Shown here: positions 9,602-19,049 of the stretch, in pieces
Numbering within the stretch: the first letter of the stretch is position 1
Layout: each line of letters starts with the position of its first letter
Origin: Spirochaetia bacterium
GTDB taxonomy: Bacteria; Spirochaetota; Spirochaetia; SZUA-6; Bin103
Length of the DNA: 64,000 bases
Assembly (NCBI GenBank): GCA_965198005.1
Contig: CBDAOI010000003.1
Coordinates: forward strand, 928,001-992,000
Direction of reading: 5' to 3'
Translations under genes and position numbers: made by a program
Notes under the pieces: generated by a model
Told to the model about the DNA's origin: nothing
The model's database searches: none
What the model saw: only the letters and a program-made list of their open reading frames with translations

Positions 9602-11083
9602 ATGAGTACGAGCTTTGACATCCGCAACTTCGTAAACGGCCAATGGTCGGCCGCGGACGCCGCCGCCGCGTCGCTGGCGGTGCTGAACCCGGCTACCGGA
9701 GAGACCCTGGGCGAGACCCCCCAGTCGCCGGGCGCCGAGGTGGACCGCGCCGTGCAGGCCGCGGCCGCCGCCCTGCCGGAGTGGCGGCGCACACCGCCCG
9801 GCGAACGGGTGCAGTACCTGTTCAAGCTCAAGGCGCTGATGGAACGCGACGTCACGGAGCTGGCGCGCACCATCACCCTCGAGAACGGCAAGATCCTCAG
9901 TGAATCGCTCGGCGAGATGACGCGCGCGATCGAGAACGTCGAGGTGGCGTGCGGGATCCCGATCCTGATGCAGGGCGACGTCCTGGAGGACGTGTCGCGC
10001 GGGATCGACGAGTTGATGATCCGCCAGCCGGTCGGGGTGTGTGCGATCATCTGCCCGTTCAACTTCCCGGGCATGATCCCGTTCTGGTTCTTTCCCTACG
10101 CCCTGGCGTGCGGCAATACGGTAATCGTCAAGCCGTCGGATCGTACTCCGCTTACGCTGCTGGCGATTGCGCGTCTGATCGAGGAGACCGGGCTGCCGCC
10201 GGGGATATTCAACGTGGTCAACGGCGGCGCGGACACGGTCAACGCGCTGCTCGACCATGCCGGCATCTCCGCGGTGAGCTTCGTCGGCTCGACCGCGGTG
10301 GCGCGGCACGTCTACGCCCGCGGTTCCGCCGCCGGCAAGCGGGTGCAGGCCCAGGGCGGGGCCAAGAATCCCGTGGTGGTGCTGCCGGACGCCGAGATCG
10401 ACATGGCGACCCAGATCGTGGTGGACTCCGCCTACGGCAGCGCCGGGCAGCGCTGTCTGGCCGCGTCGCTGGCGATCACGGTGGGCGACGCCACCGCGCC
10501 GTTCACCGAGGCGATGGCCGCGGCGGCCTCCAACCGCGTGGTCGGCAACGGCCTGGACGACCAGGTCGAGATGGGGCCGGTGATCAGCCATGCGAGCAAG
10601 GAACGGATCGAACGGCTGGTCGGGGTGGGCGCCGGCGAGGGCGCGCGCGTGGTGGTGGATGGCCGCAACGCCTCGATTGCCGGTCTGGAGCGCGGCTCGT
10701 TCGTGCGCCCCACGCTGTTGGCCGACGTCTCCGCCGGCAGCACCGTGGCCACCACCGAGATCTTCGGCCCGGTGTTCGGGGTGATGCACGCCGACACCGT
10801 GGAAGACGCCATCCGGCTGGTAAACAGCGGCGACTACGGCAACATGGCCTGTCTGTTCACCACCGACGGGCGCGCCGCGCGCCGCTTCCGCTACGAGGCG
10901 GACGTGGGCAACATCGGGATCAACATCGGGGTGGCGGCGCCGATGGCCTACTTCCCGTTCTCGGGCTGGCGCCGCAGCTTCTTCGGCGTCCTGCACGCCC
11001 AGGGCAAGCACGCGGTCGAGTTCTTCACCCAGACCAAGGTGGTGGTGGAGCGCTGGCCCGAGTACTGGTCGCGCAAGTTCTAA
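9602..11083 (+). CDS. mmsA: CoA-acylating methylmalonate-semialdehyde dehydrogenase
   Basis: PFNFPGM, SFVGST, GGAKN, catalytic AGQRCLA, EIFGPV, FPFSGW. Confidence 0.9.
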   Translation: MSTSFDIRNFVNGQWSAADAAAASLAVLNPATGETLGETPQSPGAEVDRAVQAAAAALPEWRRTPPGERVQYLFKLKALMERDVTELARTITLENGKILSESLGEMTRAIENVEVACGIPILMQGDVLEDVSRGIDELMIRQPVGVCAIICPFNFPGMIPFWFFPYALACGNTVIVKPSDRTPLTLLAIARLIEETGLPPGIFNVVNGGADTVNALLDHAGISAVSFVGSTAVARHVYARGSAAGKRVQAQGGAKNPVVVLPDAEIDMATQIVVDSAYGSAGQRCLAASLAITVGDATAPFTEAMAAAASNRVVGNGLDDQVEMGPVISHASKERIERLVGVGAGEGARVVVDGRNASIAGLERGSFVRPTLLADVSAGSTVATTEIFGPVFGVMHADTVEDAIRLVNSGDYGNMACLFTTDGRAARRFRYEADVGNIGINIGVAAPMAYFPFSGWRRSFFGVLHAQGKHAVEFFTQTKVVVERWPEYWSRKF

Positions 11084-11245
11084 CCCGGCCACCGCGCGCG
11101 TCCGCGTCCGTGCGTGCGCGGCGCACACTTGACATGGCCGGCCGATCGCACGCATATGTAGCGTATCTGGCCCGGCAGCACCGCGGCCGGTGTGCCGCCC
11201 CGCCACCCTTCGGGACGCGCACCGGCGCAGGGCAGGGGAGGGGGC

Positions 11246-12838
11246 ATGACAGCGCTGTTGCTACGCCGGTGGCGGAGCCTCCGGCAGCAGGCCGCGGCCC
11301 AATGGGGCCGCTGGACGCTCATTCAGAAACTGGTTCTGGGCGGCGTGTCGGGCGCCACGGCCGCGCTCGTGGCGCTGCTGCTCGCGCTCGGCGCCGCTCC
11401 GTCCTCGGTCCCCCTGATCGGCGTGCCGATCCCCGACGAGTACGATCGGCTGCGCATCACCACCCGCCTCGATCAGGAGGGTGAGGACTATCAGGTCCAC
11501 CCCGACAACCGCATTTTCGTGGGCGATGCGGACACCGCGCGCCGGCTGCGGGCGGTCCTGATCCGCGAGGAGCTGATCCCGTTGCAGACCGATCCGTTCG
11601 CGCTGTTCGACGTGGACCGGTTCTCGGTGACCGACTTCGAGCGCAACGTCAACCTGCAGCGTGCGCTGACCCTCAACCTCGAGCAGCACATCGAGGCGCT
11701 CGACGGCGTTGCCGCGGCCAACGTCACCCTGGTGGTGCCGAAGCGGGAGCTGTTCGCCGAAGACCAGCACCCGACCACGGCGTCGATCATCATCACCCCG
11801 GAAGTTGGCAGCGACATCCTGGAAGACCGGACGAAGGTGGCCGGCGTGCAGCGGCTGGTGCAGTTCGCGGTGGAGGGACTGACGGCCGAGAACATCGTGA
11901 TTCTCGATCACCGGGGGAATCAGGTAAACGGGTCCGCCGGGTTGCCGCAGCTCGACCGGATCTCCCTGGCACAGCAGCAGATCACCACCAAGTTCGACTT
12001 CGAGCAGCGCTACCAGCGCGAGATCATGGCCGCGCTGGAGAAGATCTTCACTGCCGACCGGGTGCAGATCGTGAAGCTGGATCTCGATCTGGACCTGTCC
12101 ACCGAGACCACCGAGACCGAGGAACACTTTCCGATCACCCTGCGCGCGGATGATCCGCGCACGGCCGAGGACGAGTCGGTCACGCTGCCGTCGCTTACCG
12201 TGTCGCGAGAGGAACAGCGGGAGACGTCAGTCGACGGCGGCGAGAGTACCCATCTGATTCAGAACGAGGTGGTGAATCGGCGCAGCACGGTGTCCGAGAA
12301 GAGCCCCTGGACCATCGACCGCATCACCGTGAGCGTTGCGCTGGACGGCGTCTGGAACCGGCTGTACGAACCGGGCGGCAAGCTGGCGCTGACCCCGGGC
12401 GGGGGGATTCGGCGCGAATACGTGCCGGTGCCGGCGGAGGAGTTGCGCAAGGCGCAGGTGCTGATTGAGAACGCGATCGGCCTGGACCCGGAGCGCGGCG
12501 ACTCCGTGACCGTGGAGCAGCTGCCGTTCGATCGCACCGCTCAATTTCGCGCGGAGGACGCCCTGGTCAGGGAGGAGGCGCAGCGGCGGCGGCTGCTGCC
12601 GGCCGCGGGGGCGGCGGTAGCCGGAGCCGCCCTGACGCTCCTGGTGCTGGTGCGCGGCTGGGCGCGCCGCCGCCGCCGGGCCGAACTCGCCCGCGGCGCG
12701 GCGGCGGCCGGCAACGGCGCACCGCACCGGACCGCCGCCCGGCGCAAGGAGGAGCTGCGGGAGAGCGCGATCAGCCTGGCCCGCAAGCACCCCGAAGACG
12801 CGGCCCGCGCGCTCCGCACCTGGCTGTCCGACCAGTAA
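11246..12838 (+). CDS. fliF: Flagellar MS-ring protein FliF (spirochaete type)
   Basis: TDFERNVNLQRAL, QHIEAL, FAVEGLTAENIVI, AIGLDPERGDSVTVE, C-terminal HPEDAARALRTWL; two TM segments. Confidence 0.9.
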   Translation: MTALLLRRWRSLRQQAAAQWGRWTLIQKLVLGGVSGATAALVALLLALGAAPSSVPLIGVPIPDEYDRLRITTRLDQEGEDYQVHPDNRIFVGDADTARRLRAVLIREELIPLQTDPFALFDVDRFSVTDFERNVNLQRALTLNLEQHIEALDGVAAANVTLVVPKRELFAEDQHPTTASIIITPEVGSDILEDRTKVAGVQRLVQFAVEGLTAENIVILDHRGNQVNGSAGLPQLDRISLAQQQITTKFDFEQRYQREIMAALEKIFTADRVQIVKLDLDLDLSTETTETEEHFPITLRADDPRTAEDESVTLPSLTVSREEQRETSVDGGESTHLIQNEVVNRRSTVSEKSPWTIDRITVSVALDGVWNRLYEPGGKLALTPGGGIRREYVPVPAEELRKAQVLIENAIGLDPERGDSVTVEQLPFDRTAQFRAEDALVREEAQRRRLLPAAGAAVAGAALTLLVLVRGWARRRRRAELARGAAAAGNGAPHRTAARRKEELRESAISLARKHPEDAARALRTWLSDQ

Positions 12839-12855
12839 CGGACTTGCCGGCGTGG

Positions 12856-13482
12856 TCAGAAGTGACGCACGTGGGGCAGAAGTTCGCTGCCCGGGCGGCC
12901 GGCAACGGTTGCGGCCCAGCCGACCAGATCCGGACGTGAACCGTAAAGGACGAAGACCCTGCCGTCTCGCGCCGGGCCGGGACGGAGGCCACCGTCCACT
13001 CGCCAGCCGCTTGCTGCACCCGGCAACAGAGCCGCCGACGGGGCGGTCATGGCGGTAGCTCCCTGCGCTCGCAGACGCCGTGCCTCCGATTGGCAGCTTT
13101 CATACGTGCCGGGCGCACCGGTCGAGACTTCCAGCGGCAGTGCGGGCCGCTCCGGCGCAAGGTCGCGGACGCGCTGCGGACCGGGGTCCTCCGGTCGCCA
13201 GGTCCCACTCAGGAGTTGGGCAGGAGAGCGGCTGCCGAGCAGCTGGGCGAGCACGTCGCCGCCCAGCACGCGGTTCACGCCGCGCCATTCGGAGGCCGGC
13301 GTCGGCGACGCATCGAGCGCTTCGACCAGACGCCGAAACGTGTCCATCAACACGCGCGTCTTCGACCAGCTCGACGAAGAGATGTGGGAGACTCGCCGCG
13401 CCACACTGACGGCCCAATCGTGGTGGACGTCGCGGGCATTGGCGAATGCTACGAGGAAGCCGGTATCGGCGATACCCATCAC
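12856..13482 (-). pseudogene. Chimeric TA remnant: PIN N-terminus, antitoxin-like middle, RES-like C-terminus
   Basis: IADTGFLVAFANARDVHH (PIN) stops after ~31 aa; C-terminal YESCQ...APSAAL resembles RES toxins. Confidence 0.6.
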
Positions 13483-13682
13483 GACGGCGAGAACCCTTTC
13501 CTGGTCGAGAGGTCCTGGGCCAGTCGAACCGACCCGGCGAGGCGCATGTAGCGCCGCGTCTGTACGTCTTCACGCCGCGCCCTCTCCAACTGATCGCGGA
13601 TCAGGCGCCCTTGCGACACGCCCATTGCCTGTGCGGTCCGTTCGACCCATTCCGCGAGATCGTCTTGCAGCCGTATCGTCAA
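13479..13682 (-). CDS. Ribbon-helix-helix (CopG-like) antitoxin
   Basis: TLTIRLQDDLAEWVERTAQAMGVSQGRLIRDQLE...DLSTRKGF; overlaps the PIN start; start codon uncertain. Confidence 0.75.
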   Translation of the reverse strand: MTIRLQDDLAEWVERTAQAMGVSQGRLIRDQLERARREDVQTRRYMRLAGSVRLAQDLSTRKGFSPS

Positions 13683-13781
13683 CGTGTGACAGGGGTGTAT
13701 CGGCGTGTCCTGGCCGGTCAGCGACTTGTCCAGATGTACATGCGTAATACTTCGGATCGACGACACCGCTTAACCTTAACC

Positions 13782-13900
13782 TTAACGAGCGGCGGGACGC
13801 TTGCGGCGCGGCTGGCGGCGGGGGCCGGAGAAGCGGCCGGTGCCGCCGCGGAGGCGGGGATCGAGCAGGTCGCGCACCGCGTCGCCGAACATGTTGAAGC
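13782..13900 (-). pseudogene. 3' remnant of a DppC permease
   Basis: Translates to FNMFGDAVRDLLDPRLRGGTG...stop, the conserved DppC C-terminus. Confidence 0.75.
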
Positions 13901-13904
13901 TGTG

Positions 13905-14843
13905 TCAGCGGTCCGCCGGCAACACCGCAACCCTGGACTCGGTCAGCGCGAAGCCGTGCTGGGCGCGATGCGGTGGGCTGTCGAACGCCTGCGTCGATTT
14001 GTACGTCTCGAAGCGGCCGTCGGCCGCCACCGGTCGCACCCTGGCCTGCAACGCAGCCTGCTCCTCCCGGCTCATGGGCGCGAAATCGCGCGCCACCGCC
14101 GTATTCTGGTCGACCTCGTCCACGGTCGTCATCCCCGATACCAGCACGCTGATGGGCTGCGAGAGCGCGAAGCCAAGGCACTCGGCGAGGGTGAGCCCGG
14201 CACCGGTCAGGAACCCCGCGTTGCCGCCCAGGGCTTTCATGCCGATGACGCCGATGCTGCGTCGCTGAGCTTCGGGCAGCACGGTGGCGATGAAGCTCTT
14301 GTAGTGCGGGTCTAGCACCGTCACCGGCATTTGCACGGTCGACCACGGGAACTCGTGCTGCAGCATCGCCATCAGGTAGTCCGGCTCCTTATGCCCGGTC
14401 GTGCCGACGAAGCGAACCTTGCCCTCCGCCAGCGCCTTGTGGGCAGCTTCGGCAGCGCCGTCGGCGGCAAACACCAGCTCGGCATCGGTGGCGTAGTTGA
14501 TCTCATGAAACTGCCACAGGTCGATGACGTCGGTGCGCAGCCGTCGCAGGCTGTCCTCGAGATTGGAGAGGGCGCCCGCGCGATCCCGGGCGCAGACTTT
14601 GGTCATCATAAAGATCTCGTCACGCCGGCCCTGGGTTGCTTCGCCCATCAGCCGCTCTGAGCGCCCGTCGCTGTACTCCCAGGCGGTGTCCATGAAGGTC
14701 ACACCCTGTTCGATCGCGCGCTGAATGACGCGCACCACCTCTCGGTCGTCTGGATTGGCGCCCGCAACGTGTCCGCCACCCATGCCCAGGATCGATACGT
14801 CCTCGCCGGTTGCGCCCAAGGGCCGTGTGGGCAAGCTACTCAT
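13905..14843 (-). CDS. Aldo/keto reductase
   Basis: RPLGATGEDVSILGMG, FMDTAWEY, SLRRLRTDVIDLWQFH, GKVRFVG. Confidence 0.92.
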   Translation of the reverse strand: MSSLPTRPLGATGEDVSILGMGGGHVAGANPDDREVVRVIQRAIEQGVTFMDTAWEYSDGRSERLMGEATQGRRDEIFMMTKVCARDRAGALSNLEDSLRRLRTDVIDLWQFHEINYATDAELVFAADGAAEAAHKALAEGKVRFVGTTGHKEPDYLMAMLQHEFPWSTVQMPVTVLDPHYKSFIATVLPEAQRRSIGVIGMKALGGNAGFLTGAGLTLAECLGFALSQPISVLVSGMTTVDEVDQNTAVARDFAPMSREEQAALQARVRPVAADGRFETYKSTQAFDSPPHRAQHGFALTESRVAVLPADR

Positions 14844-15049
14844 GGCGGTGACCGTACACCGCAACCGGGTCTCTGTTCTATTGTAGGGGGCCCCAACTGT
14901 AGGGGGCCCCAACCGAAGTGCGCCCGCCAGAGATTGGGCACGGGCGACGGGTGTAACACCGGCTTTTCGTCACGCATCACCGTGCCCATGAGAACGCAGT
15001 CTGCCGCGCGCGGCACACCGTCAAGAACTCACGGTTGCCGTGGTTGCCC

Positions 15050-15859
15050 TCAGCGCCCCGGTTGGAGCAGGGCGTCGATGCGGCCGCGCATGCGCCGCCA
15101 GTGGCTGCCGGGCCAGTAGAGGCGCAGGCAGCGGGGACAGCGGCTGAAGGACTGCTGCTGCACGCGCACCAGAGGGGGCAGGAGGTGCAGAATCGCGGCC
15201 TTGGCGACTGGTTCGAGCGGCTCGTTGCAGCGCATGCAGCGGGAGAACGGGCGCAACGTAGCGCCCAGATCGAAGCGACGCAGCACGAACTCCAGTTGCT
15301 GATCAGGGTCCTGGGAGCGGACGAAACAGCCGTGGGTCACCTCCCTGCGCTCCAGCAGGCGCCGGTCGCGGGTCAGGATGACGCGCTGCTCGCGCCGCGC
15401 CGCCGCCACCAGCCGGGCATCCTCGTCGTCCGCGCCGCCGGGCCGCAGCATGCCGGCGTCGGTGGCGTCCAGGCCGCACATGCGCAGCAGCGTGGCGAGC
15501 TTGATCAGGTTGGCGTCCACCAGAAACCGTAGCCTGCGCAACGGTGCGGGGCGCACCCGCGTGACGGCCGAGATGTCGAAGCTCTCGAACACCGGGTAGA
15601 CACTGGCGCGCTGGCCGTGCTGCAGCCGGTACCCGAAGTCCACCGACTCGCCGTCCACCAGCAGCAGGTCGACTTCGCAGTGCGGAACGCCGCAGTGCTC
15701 CACCAGCGCCTTGGTGGTGGTGCCGTCGTGCACCGCCACCTCGAACTCACGCCCGCGCAGGTGAAGCGGCAGAAAGTCCCCCAGCTCCTGATAGAAGCGC
15801 ACCCGCACGCGGTGCCGGCGGCCCGGTCCGAGGTGCGAGCTCCGGTCGTCCGTGGTCAT
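15050..15859 (-). CDS. Mut7-C RNase domain protein with N-terminal ubiquitin-like domain
   Basis: RFYQELGDFL, GVPHCEVDL, FLVDANL, ILTRDR, RCMRCN, CPRC..LYWPGSH. Confidence 0.9.
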   Translation of the reverse strand: MTTDDRSSHLGPGRRHRVRVRFYQELGDFLPLHLRGREFEVAVHDGTTTKALVEHCGVPHCEVDLLLVDGESVDFGYRLQHGQRASVYPVFESFDISAVTRVRPAPLRRLRFLVDANLIKLATLLRMCGLDATDAGMLRPGGADDEDARLVAAARREQRVILTRDRRLLERREVTHGCFVRSQDPDQQLEFVLRRFDLGATLRPFSRCMRCNEPLEPVAKAAILHLLPPLVRVQQQSFSRCPRCLRLYWPGSHWRRMRGRIDALLQPGR

Positions 15860-15969
15860 CGTAAGCTCACGGGGTGCGAACTGCGAGCAACTGCGAGCCA
15901 CTGCGCGCAACGGCGGTTGCTCTCGATGCCCCATTCCCCCGAGTATGCGGAAGCAGGAGGACGCTGGAG

Positions 15970-16314
15970 ATGGAGCAGGGGGGGGCGACGTTCGCCGGCT
16001 ATCAGCGAAAGTCCCGCAGTACGTGGAGCCGCGTCGTGGTGGATCACGCCATCCTCTATCCGACCCTGGGGCTCACCAACGAGGCGGGTGAGGTGGCGGG
16101 CAAGGTGAAGAAAATCTTTCGCGACAAGGGCGGAGTGATCGGCGAGGAGGATCGCGCCGCGCTCAAGAGCGAGCTCGGAGACGTGCTCTGGTACCTGGCC
16201 CAGATCTGCACGGATCTCGATCTGTCGCTGCAGGAGGTGGCCGAGGAGAACCTGCGCAAGCTGGCCCGGCGCCAGCAAGCGGGCACGCTGCAGGGCGAGG
16301 GCGACGACCGGTAG
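15970..16314 (+). CDS. MazG-like nucleoside triphosphate pyrophosphohydrolase
   Basis: LGLTNEAGEV, ELGDVLWY, NLRKL..R...GTLQGEGDDR. Confidence 0.9.
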   Translation: MEQGGATFAGYQRKSRSTWSRVVVDHAILYPTLGLTNEAGEVAGKVKKIFRDKGGVIGEEDRAALKSELGDVLWYLAQICTDLDLSLQEVAEENLRKLARRQQAGTLQGEGDDR

Positions 16315-16337
16315 CGTGCAACACACCCGATCATCCG

Positions 16338-18641
16338 TCACTGGAGCGAGAGCATCAGGTTGACCGCGTAGTCGGGCGGTTCGCTGGCCGTGGGGCGGTC
16401 GCGGAGGGTGCCGGAAATACCCGTGCGCAGGCCGGAGTCGAAGTCGAGACGGTAGCCGAGACGATACTCCGGCGTGCCTTCCGCCATGGACACTCCCACC
16501 CACGGCGTTCCCGTGGTCGAGCCGTCGGGGAACGGGATGCCGTAGCCGAACTCGCCAGCGAGATTCCAGCCGCTGGCGGCACCGTCGCCTGGCGGCAGAG
16601 CCACCCTCGTATCGAGTGCCCAAGGCGTCGCCTGACCGTCCCGCCCGGCCGATTCACGGGAAGAGGAGAACGTGAAGTACGGGCCCCTCGCCGAGTTCAA
16701 CTGCGGATCGTAGCGTAGCGAGCCCGCCACGCTCCATCTCCTGAGACCCTCGGCCGCATGCACCAGCAGCGCGCGCGCGTGGAGCTCGGCCGTCACGTGG
16801 TGCACCCGATGCGCGTAGCGCAGCCCGCCGCCGATCTCCGCTCCAAACCCGCTCTCCACGTCGCCGCCGTCATGCCGCATGCCGACGTCGACGAACGGGG
16901 CAATCAGCTCTCCTGATTCGGGGGCGTGTTCGTACCCACCTTCCAGCACGACACGCACCCGGGTGGCATCCGCCGACGCGGCCGCGAAGGAGGTTGACGC
17001 GTCGGCGTCGATCCGCAGCAGCAGCGCGTCGGCCTTGACCGTCAGGGCAAGACCGTTGCCCTGGTCGGGCGCCAGAATCTCCGCCAGGGCGCCGGCCGCC
17101 CCCAGCTTCATCGTGATCCCGGTATCGTTCGGCGCGGCGTCCGGCGCGGCCTCCCGGCTCTTGAGCGCCAGGGTTCCGGAGCCGATGCCGCCCGCGCCCC
17201 AGAGCGAGAGGCGGTCGCCCACCCCCACCCGCAGATACGGATAGATGCCGGTCAGAGAGGAGGACGCTTCGAGCTCGGTGCCGTCCGGCGCCACCGTACC
17301 GGCCCCTTGACTGTGGGAGACCGCGACCCCGATCAACGCGCGCTGCGCCAGGAAGTCCGCCCCTACGGTCGCGCTCCGGACACTGCCGTCCGGGGCCTGC
17401 GCGTCGTCCGCGTCTTCGAACCGCGAGAACGCTCCCCGGCCCCAGAGGCTCATCCTGGAGCCGCGCTCATCCGTCCATTCGAGGTTCGGCAGCTCGTCCA
17501 GGCGACGACCGTTGGTTCCGTTGGTTGCGGGCGGCGCCGGTCCCGGGTACTGCGCACACCGCCACCGGGGCGCCGGGTGGTCCGCAGCAGCCTCCCCCGG
17601 CCGGCGATCGCGCGCGCATCGCATCCGCTCGTCGAGCGCATCCACTACGTGGGCCGCCGCGGTACCGCCGAACTGCCCGAGCCAGTCCGTCGGTATCGCC
17701 CGCGCCGACTGCCGGTCTCGGTACTCGTCGTCGCGGATGGTGGCGGTGCCCTCGCGATCGACCAGCGTCGCGTTGCGTGCGTCGCTCAACCGCACGGTGA
17801 ACACCTCGTCCCCTTCCGCCTCGTCGTCGTCGAGCACCGGGACCGCCAGCGTCGTGCGCGTGTCACCGGGCTCGAACGTCAGTGTCGCGCTCATGGGCGT
17901 ATAGTCCGCGCTGGCCGTCGCCGTGCCGTCGAACGTCGCATACTGCACGGTCACCGCTTCGTTGCTGGCGCGGCGCAGGCTCACTCGGAACACGGCTCGT
18001 CCCTCGTTCTCGGCCACGCTCACGTCGTCGATGGCCAGCGTCGGCGGGCCGGTCAGCGCCGGCGGATCGGTGGGCGGCGTCTGGGAATTGTCCGGACGCG
18101 TCAGGGAGTCCTCGGGCGGCGGGTTGGTCGTTCCGGAGTTGTTCGAGACGCGTGCCGTGACCGGACCCGCGTCGTGTACCGGGCACTCGGCGGTGTGATC
18201 CCACACCTCGTGGGTAAAGGTGACCTGCGTATCCAGTTCGGCGTCATCCGCGGCCGTGATGCGGATCTCGCGCCACTGGTCCCAGTTGTCCTGATCGAAC
18301 TCCCAGCCGACCGACGGCACCCAGCTCAAGCCCTGGTAGTTACCGTCGGCGCGCACCGCGCCGTCGGCGCGCACCCGGACCCACCATCCGTCGGCAGTCG
18401 GTTGTTCAGTCAGCCGCAGGCGGTAGCTGACGGAGTGTCCGGCGCGGATGGTCAAGCTGGCCGGCGCGACCTCCACCGTCCCACCCCACGGAGTCGCGCC
18501 GTTGTTCTGCGCATCGACCCCGGGCGCTCCGATGCCGTACAGAAGCGCCAGCACCCCTACGGCGAACACGCCGAGAGGCCGGCCGGGGAAGCCGAGGCAG
18601 CTACACCGTTTCTGAGCAGACGCCGACGATCTTCTCAACAA
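16338..18641 (-). CDS. Secreted Calx-beta domain protein with autotransporter-like beta-barrel
   Basis: Signal-like segment ending VDAQ; Calx-beta motif VTVQYATFDGTATASADY...TLTFEPG...VPVLDD; barrel strands RHDGGDVESGFGAEIGGGLRY; start uncertain. Confidence 0.8.
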   Translation of the reverse strand: MLRRSSASAQKRCSCLGFPGRPLGVFAVGVLALLYGIGAPGVDAQNNGATPWGGTVEVAPASLTIRAGHSVSYRLRLTEQPTADGWWVRVRADGAVRADGNYQGLSWVPSVGWEFDQDNWDQWREIRITAADDAELDTQVTFTHEVWDHTAECPVHDAGPVTARVSNNSGTTNPPPEDSLTRPDNSQTPPTDPPALTGPPTLAIDDVSVAENEGRAVFRVSLRRASNEAVTVQYATFDGTATASADYTPMSATLTFEPGDTRTTLAVPVLDDDEAEGDEVFTVRLSDARNATLVDREGTATIRDDEYRDRQSARAIPTDWLGQFGGTAAAHVVDALDERMRCARDRRPGEAAADHPAPRWRCAQYPGPAPPATNGTNGRRLDELPNLEWTDERGSRMSLWGRGAFSRFEDADDAQAPDGSVRSATVGADFLAQRALIGVAVSHSQGAGTVAPDGTELEASSSLTGIYPYLRVGVGDRLSLWGAGGIGSGTLALKSREAAPDAAPNDTGITMKLGAAGALAEILAPDQGNGLALTVKADALLLRIDADASTSFAAASADATRVRVVLEGGYEHAPESGELIAPFVDVGMRHDGGDVESGFGAEIGGGLRYAHRVHHVTAELHARALLVHAAEGLRRWSVAGSLRYDPQLNSARGPYFTFSSSRESAGRDGQATPWALDTRVALPPGDGAASGWNLAGEFGYGIPFPDGSTTGTPWVGVSMAEGTPEYRLGYRLDFDSGLRTGISGTLRDRPTASEPPDYAVNLMLSLQ

Positions 18642-19049
18642 TCCACCGGTTCATGACTTCCATCATGTGTCGCAGCAGGCGATTGAATGACGCTTGCAAC
18701 TCCCCTGGATCATCGCCGTTCAACGTGACGAAGAAGTGATCCGGTTTTGATACACCGGCTCCTGCGACTGAGAATTTCCAGGAACACTTTCCTAGATTGA
18801 CGGTATTCTCGATCTCGATGTTGAATAGCCCCTCGGTATTCTGGAAGTGCGAGAGCCCGAACCGAATTCTGATTGTGATCTCCGACGCGTGCCCCGGCAC
18901 GGTTCCTGCCGGCAACGTGACCGCCGGGAGTGCTCGGCATGCTCACGCGCTCCGAATCAGCACTACCTCAATGATCGTCAATGATCGTCTCGGTCGTCTC
19001 TGACGCGCCCTTACCAAGACGGCGCGGGCGCGGTACATTACCGGTCGCG

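Noticed and set aside
13770-13785. ttaacc tandem repeat resembling a telomeric motif
   Set aside because: Under three units, at the stop of a dppC remnant; too short to interpret
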